A stretch of 64,000 nt of DNA. Source: Clostridia bacterium (lineage in GTDB: Bacteria; Bacillota; Clostridia; UBA1212; DUPL01). How positions within the stretch are numbered: position 1 is the stretch's first letter; every line of letters begins with the position of its first letter. Made by a program: the position numbers and the translations under genes. Below the pieces are notes generated by a model. The model saw nothing but the letters and a program-made list of their open reading frames with translations, was not told where the DNA came from and did not search any database. Shown here one piece after another: positions 18,516 through 27,481 of the stretch. The stretch is taken from NCBI GenBank assembly GCA_050951325.1, contig JBMNIW010000012.1:187439-251438 (forward strand). The letters are read 5' to 3'.

Positions 18516-19451
18516 GTGGTACATGTGATTAAAACAGTAAAAGTCTCATTAAAAGAAGTAAATATTCAGACCATTCCGACAAATAAGGTGTTGGAAATAG
18601 GAAAAACTCAAAGACAGAGGATATTGTGTGAGCAAAGCATTAGGCAATATGGTCTTGTCACGCCCATCGTTACTGTAGAGGACTCTTGTGGTCAACATAT
18701 GGTGCTTAAAGGAGAGAACGAGCTATCAGTCTTAAAGGAAATGAACGTTGAGAGAGCTGATGTGTTTGTAGCTAGTATTAATGACGAGAATGACATTAGT
18801 AAAGCAATTCTACTTCTCGCTTCAATGCACAATACGCTTAATCCGATAGCAGAAGGTATGTTATTAAAAAGCTTGTTATCATCAGGAGAACACAACCAAA
18901 AGCAACTGTCTGAATTACTAATGAAGTCAGAGTCTTGGTTGTCCAAAAGACTCTCTTTAGTAGATCAACTAAGTGAGCATGTTACAGATATGGTTATCTC
19001 TCAGAAAATGTGCCCAGCAACAGCTCAGAATATAGCTAGAATACCGAGACACCTACAGGATACTTTTGCAAATCATGTCTATTCACAGTTAGTTTCAAAG
19101 TCAAAAGTTGAAAAGCTAGTTGTTGCCTTTGGAAACAAAAACTCCTCTAATGCATTAAAAGAGGAGATAATAAATAACCCATTGAGCGCTTTTGAAATCA
19201 TATCTGAAAACGAACCGATTCGATTAAAGAGTAGAGTTCAAGATGCTTCAGAAGATGGTCGCAAAACAGAAAATTGTATTAGGTTTATGCTCAAATTGAT
19301 TGCAGAGACGGAAGGCTACTTAGTCTGTCTAGATAACGAGAATAAGCATAAGTACGCGGTATTGTTAAGTGAATTAGAAAGCAGAGTTGAGAAATTTCTT
19401 GCATTAATACAGAACACTACAAATTCCCTAGGGAAATTACAAAGAGATTGA
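18516..19451 (+). CDS. ParB-N-terminal-domain-like protein (degenerate GERR box: 'VLKGENELSVLK') with HTH, ends 14 bp before istA
   Basis: 'KVSLKEVNIQTIPTNKVLEIG...RQYGLVTPIVTVE...HMVLKGENELSVLKEMNVERADVFVA' parallels ParB/Srx N-domain layout; HTH 'KQLSELLMKSESWLSKRLSL'. Confidence 0.45.
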   Translation: MVHVIKTVKVSLKEVNIQTIPTNKVLEIGKTQRQRILCEQSIRQYGLVTPIVTVEDSCGQHMVLKGENELSVLKEMNVERADVFVASINDENDISKAILLLASMHNTLNPIAEGMLLKSLLSSGEHNQKQLSELLMKSESWLSKRLSLVDQLSEHVTDMVISQKMCPATAQNIARIPRHLQDTFANHVYSQLVSKSKVEKLVVAFGNKNSSNALKEEIINNPLSAFEIISENEPIRLKSRVQDASEDGRKTENCIRFMLKLIAETEGYLVCLDNENKHKYAVLLSELESRVEKFLALIQNTTNSLGKLQRD

Positions 19452-19464
19452 AGGGAGAATAACT

Positions 19465-20961
19465 ATGGCAAAACAAATAGACATGAATACATATAAACTA
19501 ATACGGAGATTATTCACTGTAGAAGGTGTAAGTCAGAGACAAATAGCAATGCAGTTAGGTATATCAAGACCTACAGTAAAAAAGTATTGTGAAGGATATG
19601 CAATTCCAGGGATAAAGGAAGAAGGAAAACAACAAAAAAGCGAATTAAGATTAACTTTAGAAAAAGAAATAATTCAGCTCTTTGAGGATAATAAAGATGC
19701 ACCGAGAAAGCAAAAACTAAACGCAAAGCTAATATGGCTTTCTCTTAAGGAAAAGGGTTATCCTGTGGGTGAATCTACAATAAGAAAGTATATACAAGAA
19801 ATGAGAATAGAAATGCCAGAGGTTTTTATCCCCTTATCATTTGAACCTGGGGAAGCTATGGAGTTTGACTGGGGAGACATATATGCATACATTAAGAACG
19901 TTAAAACCAGTATTTCTGTATTCTGTGCAGTACTACCATACAGCTATGGGATATTTGCTGCCGTTTTTCCTAATAAGAAGTACATAAGCTTTTTTACAGG
20001 ACACGTTATGGCGTTTGAGTTTTTTCAAGGAGTTGCAAGGCGGTCAATTTACGATAACTTAAAAACAGCAGTTTTAAAAGACTTTGGTGAAAAGGCTGTA
20101 AAACAAGAAAGATTTAAAACTCTAGAAGCGCACTATGCTTTTGAGGGAATATTCTGTAATGCTGACAGTGGTTGGGAAAAAGGTGCGGTTGAAAATCTCG
20201 TTTCAATAATTCGAGAAATTGCATTTACTCCTATGCCAAGAGTAGATAACTATGAGGAGTTGCAAACCCATGTTACTTCTAAATGTATTGAATACAACAT
20301 GAATCATAAAATAAAGAACCGCACAAGAAGCATTCGAGATATGCTAGAGGAAGAGAGAAAGTACTTATTACCACTTCCTGCATATCCTTTTGAACCAGCA
20401 GACGAATTAAAAGTACGAGTGCATTCTGACTTAACCGTTAGAATTGAGGGGCTTAGATACTCCGTTCCTAGTAAGTATGTAGGCCTTGATGTTACTGCTA
20501 AGATAACGCCTTTCAAAATAAACATATACTATCAAGGTAAGCACATATATAGTCATAAAAAAGGAGTAAATCTCTCTGAACATCAATATGTATTAGAGCA
20601 CTATCTAGAAATCATTGAACGAAAACCGAGATCTGCACATAATGCAGTCCCTATAAAAAGCGGTATAATGCCAGAGGAGGCTACCCTTTTTCTAAAACGA
20701 TGTCCTAAACTAAACAAAAACATGCAATTAGTTAACGTGCTTCTTCTTGGAAAGAAAGTCGATCGAGATTCCTTGATGTGGGCAATTAGTCAAGCAAACA
20801 GCACTGGGAATCCCACATACGATTTAGTATGCTTTTATCTGGACATACTAAGTAGCAAGGATAATGCAAAGGATGCAATTGTGGATGAGGTTGAGATAAA
20901 CACAGTTGACCTAACAAAGTATGATAAGTTAATAAGTGCAGAGGGTGATGAATATGAATAA
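19465..20961 (+). CDS. istA: IS21-family transposase IstA (HTH + DDE)
   Basis: 'QRQIAMQLGISRPTVKKY' HTH, ~500 aa, followed by overlapping istB - canonical IS21 organisation. Confidence 0.9.
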   Translation: MAKQIDMNTYKLIRRLFTVEGVSQRQIAMQLGISRPTVKKYCEGYAIPGIKEEGKQQKSELRLTLEKEIIQLFEDNKDAPRKQKLNAKLIWLSLKEKGYPVGESTIRKYIQEMRIEMPEVFIPLSFEPGEAMEFDWGDIYAYIKNVKTSISVFCAVLPYSYGIFAAVFPNKKYISFFTGHVMAFEFFQGVARRSIYDNLKTAVLKDFGEKAVKQERFKTLEAHYAFEGIFCNADSGWEKGAVENLVSIIREIAFTPMPRVDNYEELQTHVTSKCIEYNMNHKIKNRTRSIRDMLEEERKYLLPLPAYPFEPADELKVRVHSDLTVRIEGLRYSVPSKYVGLDVTAKITPFKINIYYQGKHIYSHKKGVNLSEHQYVLEHYLEIIERKPRSAHNAVPIKSGIMPEEATLFLKRCPKLNKNMQLVNVLLLGKKVDRDSLMWAISQANSTGNPTYDLVCFYLDILSSKDNAKDAIVDEVEINTVDLTKYDKLISAEGDEYE

Positions 20962-21706
20962 TCTCTCTCACAACGAATTATCAAATAAGATTAAAACGAT
21001 TGCAAGAGATCTGAAGCTTCAAGCATTTGAAGAGTATAGTGAGTATATTAGAACTGATCTATCTACTGAGGAAGTAGTTTACAACCTCCTTAAGGCAGAA
21101 CAAAGTATAAAAGACTTGAGTAGATATAGGTATCGTATGAAAATGGCCAAGTTCCCAGTTGCTAAAACATTAGATACTTTTCATTTTGATACAAAACGTC
21201 TTCCTGGTTTAAGCAAGGATACCATTATGGAACTTGCGACATGTAAATTCATTGAAGAGAAAAGAAATGTTATAGCTTTAGGTAATCCGGGGACCGGTAA
21301 GACGCATTTGCTAACAGCCCTCTGCATTGAGGCAATAACAAAAGGTTATTCAGTGAGATTTATTAGGGCTTCTGACCTTGTGACTCAAATGACTGAATCC
21401 AAGAATGAAAACGAATTAGCTAAATACATAAAGAAGATTAATACATGTGATGTTCTTTTTATTGACGAATTCGGGTACTTATCTTACGATGCAGCTGGAG
21501 CAAGTTTGCTTTATCAGATATTTGCAAATAGGTATGAAACAAAGAGTACGCTGGTTACCTCAAATTTAGCTTTTTCTAAATGGCTCTCGATTCTTAGTAA
21601 TGACGAAGAATTAGCTTCGGCACTAATCGGACGAATAACCCAGCAGTCCACTATTCTTAACATGAATGGTGAGGATTACAGGGTTTATCTAAGCAAAAAA
21701 CTTTAA
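20936..21706 (+). CDS. istB: IS21-family helper ATPase IstB (AAA+/DnaC-like)
   Basis: Walker A 'GNPGTGKTHL', Walker B 'VLFIDEFGY'; 26-bp overlap with istA. Confidence 0.9.
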   Translation: MQRVMNMNNLSHNELSNKIKTIARDLKLQAFEEYSEYIRTDLSTEEVVYNLLKAEQSIKDLSRYRYRMKMAKFPVAKTLDTFHFDTKRLPGLSKDTIMELATCKFIEEKRNVIALGNPGTGKTHLLTALCIEAITKGYSVRFIRASDLVTQMTESKNENELAKYIKKINTCDVLFIDEFGYLSYDAAGASLLYQIFANRYETKSTLVTSNLAFSKWLSILSNDEELASALIGRITQQSTILNMNGEDYRVYLSKKL

Positions 21707-21721
21707 AACATGTAAACTAAG

Positions 21722-21752
21722 GGTCTGTCTTCCTGACAGATCTCCTTTTTGC
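21722..21752 (+). terminator. Stem-loop TCTGTC-ttcct-GACAGA + T-rich tail after istB
   Basis: Read directly. Confidence 0.4.
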
Positions 21753-21878
21753 CTTTTATTGCATGTGTTCAACTTATAATCAAATATTATATTTTCTTTC
21801 TAGCGGAAACATGGGTCTAGATGGATTGTTTGAGATAATATGGTCTTTATTTACTATCCTCTTCAACGATCCGTACAT

Positions 21879-21900
21879 ATTGGATAGAATTCTATCCAAT
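21879..21900. repeat. 22-bp perfect palindrome ATTGGATAGAATTCTATCCAAT between IS21 and IS1634 remnant
   Basis: Reverse complement identical over 22 bp (contains EcoRI-like GAATTC centre). Confidence 0.7.
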
Positions 21901-21960
21901 ATGCTGTTTATCACTTAATATTCAGCATTTACAAACATTATATATACGGTGAATGGTAAC

Positions 21961-22979
21961 TTATATCATAGCGCTTTTTTGAAAAACTCTGTTTTTAGCC
22001 GGTAAGATAAAACTGTAGCGTTTCCATTTATCTTTAACATCTTTAAAATCTCTATCAAGAAGCACCCATTTCTTCTCTTTATCCGGAAGCTTTTTTACTG
22101 CTTTTGAAAATATGTAACCATCACCATTCTTTTTTGCATACGCTATGTTGTTGGCACAGTTAAGTCCTTTATCTGCTACATGAATGGTTCTTCCTGTTAT
22201 GTTATTTTGCTTTTTAAGATTGCTTATTACATCTCTTATTATAGGTTTTTCAGATTCGTTACCAGGATATATCTTCATTCCTACTGGTATTTGATTGCGA
22301 TCTAGTAATAAACCAAGGCCTACTAGAGGTTTCCTTTGATTTTCTTTACTTACACCATTTTTTTTAAAATCATCTTCTCTATCAATTTCAAAATAAAAAT
22401 TTGTACAATCGAAATAGGTTTTAGTAGTATCTAATTTATATATTTTATCAACCTGTGTAGTAAATATTTCAACAATCTTTTCGTAATTGTTGCCTAGAAA
22501 AGCTAAGCCATCTAGTAGCTGATCGTATGAAAAATTATAGGTTTGATAAAGATTAGGTAGCACTTCATGGAATGTCCTATATTTACTGCAGGGATTAACG
22601 CTTCTTGCGTAAATAAGAGATGATAGTAAATCATAAAGATCGAATTCAAACCTAGTAATTAACTTAAAATAGTCGATAAAGTGCTTAATGTTTAATTTCT
22701 CCATAATACTTTTCAAAGGAAAATAACCTAGGTGAATAAGTGGAGATTTAGTTGAGATTTTTTTACGCTTTCTTCTTTTCTATTTTTATTTAATTCATCA
22801 ACTACCTTTTGATAATGGGCAATAGGATCTTCTATGCCTTTTTCTTTAAGTGTTTCTATAGATCCTAATGATTTATGACAACGATGAGCAGTGCCCTTTT
22901 TTGCAGGATCGTAAAAACTTTCATAAATTGCAATGTATGTTCGATTTTTCTGCTTTGACTTTTTCAAAAAATATGCCAC
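21961..22979 (-). pseudogene. IS1634-family (IS4 superfamily) transposase remnant: N-terminal ~330 aa split into 83-aa and 251-aa ORFs and lacking C-terminal half
   Basis: 83-aa ORF 'MAYFLKKSKQKNRTYIAIYESFYD' and 251-aa ORF '...TYFDCTNFYFEIDRED...MKIYPGNESEKPIIRDV...IHVADKGLNCANNIAYA' align colinearly with the intact 585-aa transposase at 41010..42767. Confidence 0.8.
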
Positions 22980-23056
22980 AACATTCCCTCCAAACTTGCA
23001 CCATGTAGCACCATTATTATCTCATAAAAAAATATTTGTGTCAAGTTTTTACGCAT

Positions 23057-23080
23057 AAAAAAAGCCCTATATTTGGGCGT
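23057..23080 (-). terminator. GCCC-aaatata-GGGC hairpin + T7 upstream of IS1634-remnant transposase start (same position/orientation as hairpin 40906-40933 in intact copy)
   Basis: Read directly; both IS1634 copies carry terminator-like hairpin ~70 bp 5' of tnp. Confidence 0.35.
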
Positions 23081-23340
23081 TTGTTGATGATTATTATCTA
23101 TTTTTGTCCTAATTATTCATGGTGCGAACTACGAAACAAGGGACTTATAATCTGCAATAAATTCAAACCAAGTATTACTGCAACAAAGCAAGTTCCATCA
23201 AAATATGTATACAACATAATCACTTCATAATTTTCTCCAATAACATAGTATTCAGAACTAAAGTTGATTGTTAAGCATTGAGGAAAAATATAATTTCACA
23301 AATATTTACTTGAAATTTAACTTTTTTGTTATATTTCAGA

Positions 23341-23369
23341 TTGACAAATAAATAACAAAGACGTATATT
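23341..23369 (+). promoter_or_regulatory. Sigma-A promoter of ferredoxin/hydrogenase operon: -35 TTGACA, 17-bp spacer, -10 TATATT
   Basis: Canonical hexamers and spacing 52 bp upstream of ATG. Confidence 0.55.
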
Positions 23370-23378
23370 ATAGTAGAA

Positions 23379-23395
23379 GGTTAAAATTTTAACAA
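23379..23395. promoter_or_regulatory. Rex-like operator GGTTAAAATTTTAACAA (14-bp perfect palindrome GTTAAAATTTTAAC; matches clostridial Rex consensus TTGTTAA-N4-TTAACAA in 12/14 positions)
   Basis: Palindrome sits at ~+10..+26 between -10 and RBS of hydrogenase operon. Confidence 0.45.
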
Positions 23396-23420
23396 ATAAC
23401 CTCGCTTTGGAGGAATTTTT

Positions 23421-23675
23421 ATGGAAATAAGAGTATGCATAGGCAGTTCATGCTACCTGAAAGGCTCACGAGAAGTAATAAATGAGCTGAACCAACTAAT
23501 AAAAGAAAACAGCCTAAACAGTATGGTCTCGTTAAAGGGTTCATTCTGTATGGGAAAATGCAGCGTAGACGGCGTCACTGTTAGTTGTGATGACAAATTT
23601 TACTTTGTAGAACCAGATGACGTTGATGACTTTTTTGAAAAGGTAATAGTTCCCTCCATCCCCAGAGCGATATAA
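23421..23675 (+). CDS. Thioredoxin-like [2Fe-2S] ferredoxin (NuoE/HymA-like small subunit)
   Basis: 'CIGSSCYLKGS...CMGKCSVDGVTVSCDD' four-Cys pattern of thioredoxin-like 2Fe-2S ferredoxins; immediately upstream of hydrogenase. Confidence 0.7.
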   Translation: MEIRVCIGSSCYLKGSREVINELNQLIKENSLNSMVSLKGSFCMGKCSVDGVTVSCDDKFYFVEPDDVDDFFEKVIVPSIPRAI

Positions 23676-23773
23676 TTGTTAATTTACATGCTCCCTGTTG
23701 ATACTTGCCGACTTTGTATGGTATAGTAGATGTGACCATACTTATTTGTGCTGCAGATTCACGGGGGAATTAG

Positions 23774-25255
23774 ATGGACAATACTGATATTTTAGCCACT
23801 GAAATAGATGATATAGATACTATAAAAAGTGAAGTTCTGAAAAAAATCAGCGAACTAGCTTTTGACAACAGACTTGACGAGGCTGACACAATAGCCTTTG
23901 AACTTATTCCGGGAGTTCGTCCCAGATTCAGATGTTGTGTATATAGAGAAAGAGAGATAATACGACAAAGAGTCCGAATGGCCATGGGCAAACTGCCTAC
24001 TGATTCCCATTACAAGGATCTAGACCCATCATTGATGGTGCACGTCATTTCCAGCGCATGCGAAGGATGTCCCATTGCGAGATACACTGTAACCGACAAT
24101 TGTCAGAACTGTCTCACTCACAAGTGTATAAAAGTATGTCCTTTTGGCGCTATTTCAAGAACACCCAGAGGCTCGGTTATTGACAAAACCCTTTGCAGAA
24201 ACTGCGGCAAATGCGCCGAAGCATGCCCATATTCCGCAATAGTAGATATAATAAGGCCCTGTGTGAAGGTATGTCCCGTAGATGCCATCAACATGGATAA
24301 AAATGATATTGCGGTAATTGACAAGGATAAATGCATTAACTGTGGAGCATGCGTGACCGGATGTCCTTTTGGTGCTATTTCCGATGTTTCAATGATTACA
24401 AATGTTATAAACCTGCTGCTTGACCATACAAAGAAAGTGTATGCTGTAGTCGCTCCTTCGATTCAAGGCCAGTTTGGCAAAGATATATCTTTGGGAATGA
24501 TTAAAGGAGCCATACTTAATCTTGGTTTTGATGGCATATACGAGGCAGCGGAAGGTGCAGACTCCGTGGCATACATGGAGGCAAAGGAACTTTTAGAGTT
24601 TAAAAAAGAAGGGAAGCCTCTTCTTTCATCCTGCTGCCCATCCTTCTTTACTCTTGTGGAAAACTATTTCCCCGAGCTTAAAGATAATGTTTCCACCCTG
24701 GTGCCTCCAATGGCAGCCAGTGCGATATATATAAAAAACATGGACCCTGATGCTGAAATTGTTTTCATAGGTCCATGCATCTCCAAAAAAGCAGATGTCC
24801 TAAGCAACTATATAAACATTATCTCTGCAGTGCTTACATTTGAAGAGCTTGTTGCAATGCTCAGGGCGAAAAGAATCAACATAAGAAACCAGGCAGACAT
24901 GTCCTCGGATTCATCCTCTTACGGTAAAGGCTTTGCACGCTCTGGTGGTGTTGCCCAGGCTATAAGGAAAGTCGTGAGTGAACTTGAGGGCGATGAAGCA
25001 TCAAGCAGTTTGGAAATCCAAATTTGTGACGGCAGCAAGGAGTGCATAAACGCATTAAAACTACTCAAGCACAACAGGCTCCGGGTTGACTTTGTAGAGG
25101 GTATGTGCTGCACTGGAGGATGCATTGCTGGCCCTTCAGTTTTACAGGATGCTTCCCACACAAAAAAACTCTTTAAACCTTCTGATGAAGATACTTCCAT
25201 TGAGAGTGCAGTCTTGAAATTAAGAATAAACGAACTTGATATTCACCGCACTTGA
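23774..25255 (+). CDS. [FeFe]-hydrogenase-like catalytic (H-cluster) protein with two N-terminal 4Fe-4S ferredoxin domains; non-canonical H-cluster motifs
   Basis: Ferredoxin motifs CRNCGKCAEACP / CINCGACVTGCP; L1 'SSCCPSF', L2 'GPCISKKAD', L3 'EGMCCTGGCIAGP' vs canonical TSCCPxW / MPCxxKxxE / ExMxCxxGCxxG. Confidence 0.75.
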   Translation: MDNTDILATEIDDIDTIKSEVLKKISELAFDNRLDEADTIAFELIPGVRPRFRCCVYREREIIRQRVRMAMGKLPTDSHYKDLDPSLMVHVISSACEGCPIARYTVTDNCQNCLTHKCIKVCPFGAISRTPRGSVIDKTLCRNCGKCAEACPYSAIVDIIRPCVKVCPVDAINMDKNDIAVIDKDKCINCGACVTGCPFGAISDVSMITNVINLLLDHTKKVYAVVAPSIQGQFGKDISLGMIKGAILNLGFDGIYEAAEGADSVAYMEAKELLEFKKEGKPLLSSCCPSFFTLVENYFPELKDNVSTLVPPMAASAIYIKNMDPDAEIVFIGPCISKKADVLSNYINIISAVLTFEELVAMLRAKRINIRNQADMSSDSSSYGKGFARSGGVAQAIRKVVSELEGDEASSSLEIQICDGSKECINALKLLKHNRLRVDFVEGMCCTGGCIAGPSVLQDASHTKKLFKPSDEDTSIESAVLKLRINELDIHRT

Positions 25256-26115
25256 TAATTCGACGGATCATATTCAGGCACTGCGCCAAGTCTTGTTACT
25301 ACAAACGAACTTAACTGAACCGCCTTGTCAAGACAAGCCTGCAAATTATTCCCTTTTAGGTAATTATATAAAAATGCTGCGGAAAAACTATCTCCTGCTC
25401 CAACTGTTGAGACAACCTTTACAGGTGTTGGTTTGGATTTGTGAAATTCTTTGTCTTTTGCAGAATACAAAAATGCACCCTCTTCACCCAATGTGACCAA
25501 TATTATTTTAATATCATATTCCTTTGCCAGCTTTATGGAGAGTTCTTCAAGATTTGAGTACTCCAGCAAACCTGTCTCCTTAAATACAAAAGCTTCTTCC
25601 TCACTAATTTTCAATATTGTACTGTGCACAAGACTTTCTTCTACGATTTCCCTTGTATAGAAGTCCTGCCGAATATTTATATCACAAAACACTTCATCGA
25701 AGTTGCAACCCCTTACAAGTTTTTTAAATGTTTCGGAGGACACTACACTTCTTCTAGCCAGTGTACCCATGTAAAAGGCATCATAATGCAATTTCAATGC
25801 TTCCTCATCTACCGTAATATTATCGTAAGCCACATCTCTTACCAAATAATATGTAGGATTTCCGTACTCGTCCACACTTACATTGCAAACGCCAGTAGGT
25901 TTCTCAAGTACCTTTATGAATCTGTCATCAATTCCAAATTTCCGTACCATTTTTAACGATTCCTGACCAAGGCCGTCCTTTCCCACAGCAGAAACCACCT
26001 GGACTTCGCCCCCCAGTTTTGAAAGATGCGCACCAAAATTCAAGGGAGCTCCTCCAATTTCATATTTCCCGGGAAAAACATCCCATAAGATTTCGCCAAA
26101 AACCAGTATTTTCAT
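25243..26115 (-). CDS. PfkB-family sugar kinase (fructokinase-like)
   Basis: 'KILVFGEILWDVFP...GGAPLNF' N-term and 'GAGDSF' motif. Confidence 0.75.
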   Translation of the reverse strand: MKILVFGEILWDVFPGKYEIGGAPLNFGAHLSKLGGEVQVVSAVGKDGLGQESLKMVRKFGIDDRFIKVLEKPTGVCNVSVDEYGNPTYYLVRDVAYDNITVDEEALKLHYDAFYMGTLARRSVVSSETFKKLVRGCNFDEVFCDINIRQDFYTREIVEESLVHSTILKISEEEAFVFKETGLLEYSNLEELSIKLAKEYDIKIILVTLGEEGAFLYSAKDKEFHKSKPTPVKVVSTVGAGDSFSAAFLYNYLKGNNLQACLDKAVQLSSFVVTRLGAVPEYDPSNYQVR

Positions 26116-26122
26116 AAAACAC

Positions 26123-26803
26123 CTACTTTGCTTTTGGGTATTCGAAACATAAGTAGTAAAGAGGTTTTTCGTCTTCCACTATTGTAGGGAACCTGGGCTG
26201 TTCCACATAGAACCTGTTGTCATTCTTGTCATCATTGACCATGGAAACTTCGCCTATCAACACCTTGCCCTTGCCTTCTTCCGCCCAGAATTCATGATAC
26301 AAATATGGAGGAAGAGTAATGCTTTCACCCGGTGTCAGTCTAATAACGCTACCTGCTTTGACTGTTCTTATGCAGCCATCGATAGACACTTCCACATCCT
26401 CATCAGACAAACCGTCATCCTCTGCAGCCTTCCAAACCTTTATAAGAAGGTTCCCACCACCACGGTTGATAATGTCCTCCATCTTGTGCCAGTGATAGTG
26501 TATGGGGTTGAACTGATTCTCGTCGCTAATAAGTATTTTCTCCGCATAGGGTTTCTTGTATCTTGGGTCCTTCACACTTCCGTTTCTGATAGTGAAAAGA
26601 ACAAGACCGTGGTTACTAAAGTCCCCTTTGCCATAGTCTGTTATGTCCCATCCAAGCATATTGTGGCGAATTTCATCTGCTTCATGCCCCTTTTGCTCCC
26701 ATTCTTCCGGACTCCAATAGGCAAAAGGCGGTAGGTTGAAGTTCATTTTTTTAATGAACTCAATGTTTTCCTTTAAGAGTGCATTTACTTCTGATCTCTT
26801 CAT
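26123..26803 (-). CDS. Cupin-fold sugar isomerase, D-lyxose/D-mannose ketol-isomerase-like
   Basis: ~226 aa with cupin metal motif 'HYHWHKMEDIINRGGG'; size/pattern of Lyx_isomer family. Confidence 0.45.
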   Translation of the reverse strand: MKRSEVNALLKENIEFIKKMNFNLPPFAYWSPEEWEQKGHEADEIRHNMLGWDITDYGKGDFSNHGLVLFTIRNGSVKDPRYKKPYAEKILISDENQFNPIHYHWHKMEDIINRGGGNLLIKVWKAAEDDGLSDEDVEVSIDGCIRTVKAGSVIRLTPGESITLPPYLYHEFWAEEGKGKVLIGEVSMVNDDKNDNRFYVEQPRFPTIVEDEKPLYYLCFEYPKAK

Positions 26804-26817
26804 AAAATCACCTTAAT

Positions 26818-27468
26818 TTATGTATTTTTATCCGCTACAACGGTAACCAGCAGCATTCCTGACTTGCAGCTTATAGTTGCCTCGTCCTCCACAAACTCAT
26901 TGCTCACACCCAATGGGAACCTGTTGGTCAGTTTATGGTCTTCCAGCTCGTACTTGACTCCCTTCAAGCTGACTCCGGTACATACATCCGAATAGGCAAA
27001 CACGGAAAGGGTGGCGTTTTCCCTTTTGGGTATTTTAATCTCCGCATTGGATATGATGGTAAACATGTTTTTCTTGTCCTGCATTCTTACACTTACACCC
27101 TTGTCGCAGCCATATGCAAGGGTCTGTATGTTTGCATATGTATGGTCGCTTCGACCGCCAAACCCTCCTACTATAACAAACTCCTCAAACCCTTTCTCCA
27201 GCCCATATTTCAGGCAAAACAGGGTATCGGTGTCGTCCTTCTCCACGGGAAGGCAAACCACGTCCAAAAGGCTGTGTCCCGAAATGCTGACTTCCGAATC
27301 CAGTGAATCAAAATCTCCAACAATTACTCTGGGAACGATGTTTTCCTTTCTGGCTAGTTCATACCCTGCATCCGCACAGATAATGAAGTCCCCTTTTTCA
27401 ATTTCAATACTTTCTTTAATCAAGTAATCGTTGTATGCTGTGATAATTACACATCTAGACATCGTCAT
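26818..27468 (-). CDS. Thiamine pyrophosphokinase
   Basis: 'VIVGDFDSL' and 'KDDTD' motifs, ~215 aa. Confidence 0.7.
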   Translation of the reverse strand: MTMSRCVIITAYNDYLIKESIEIEKGDFIICADAGYELARKENIVPRVIVGDFDSLDSEVSISGHSLLDVVCLPVEKDDTDTLFCLKYGLEKGFEEFVIVGGFGGRSDHTYANIQTLAYGCDKGVSVRMQDKKNMFTIISNAEIKIPKRENATLSVFAYSDVCTGVSLKGVKYELEDHKLTNRFPLGVSNEFVEDEATISCKSGMLLVTVVADKNT

Positions 27469-27481
27469 CTACCCCACACTT

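Larger units (their letters stand above)
19440..21770 (+). mobile_element. IS21-family insertion sequence core (istA-istB); ends not resolved - element may extend left to ~18010 if the 143-aa and ParB-like genes are passengers
   Basis: istA/istB pair; terminator after istB; truncated IS1634 remnant abuts at 21961. Confidence 0.5.

Noticed and set aside
23036-23230. 64-aa ORF between the IS1634 remnant and the hydrogenase promoter
   Set aside because: It has no RBS and low-complexity composition, and it lies in an IS-derived or AT-rich spacer.
23292-23320. Second Rex-like site ATTTCACAAATATTTACTTGAAAT upstream of -35
   Set aside because: Only one good half-site (TTCACAA) is present and the symmetry is poor. 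The palindrome at 23379-23395 is the better candidate.
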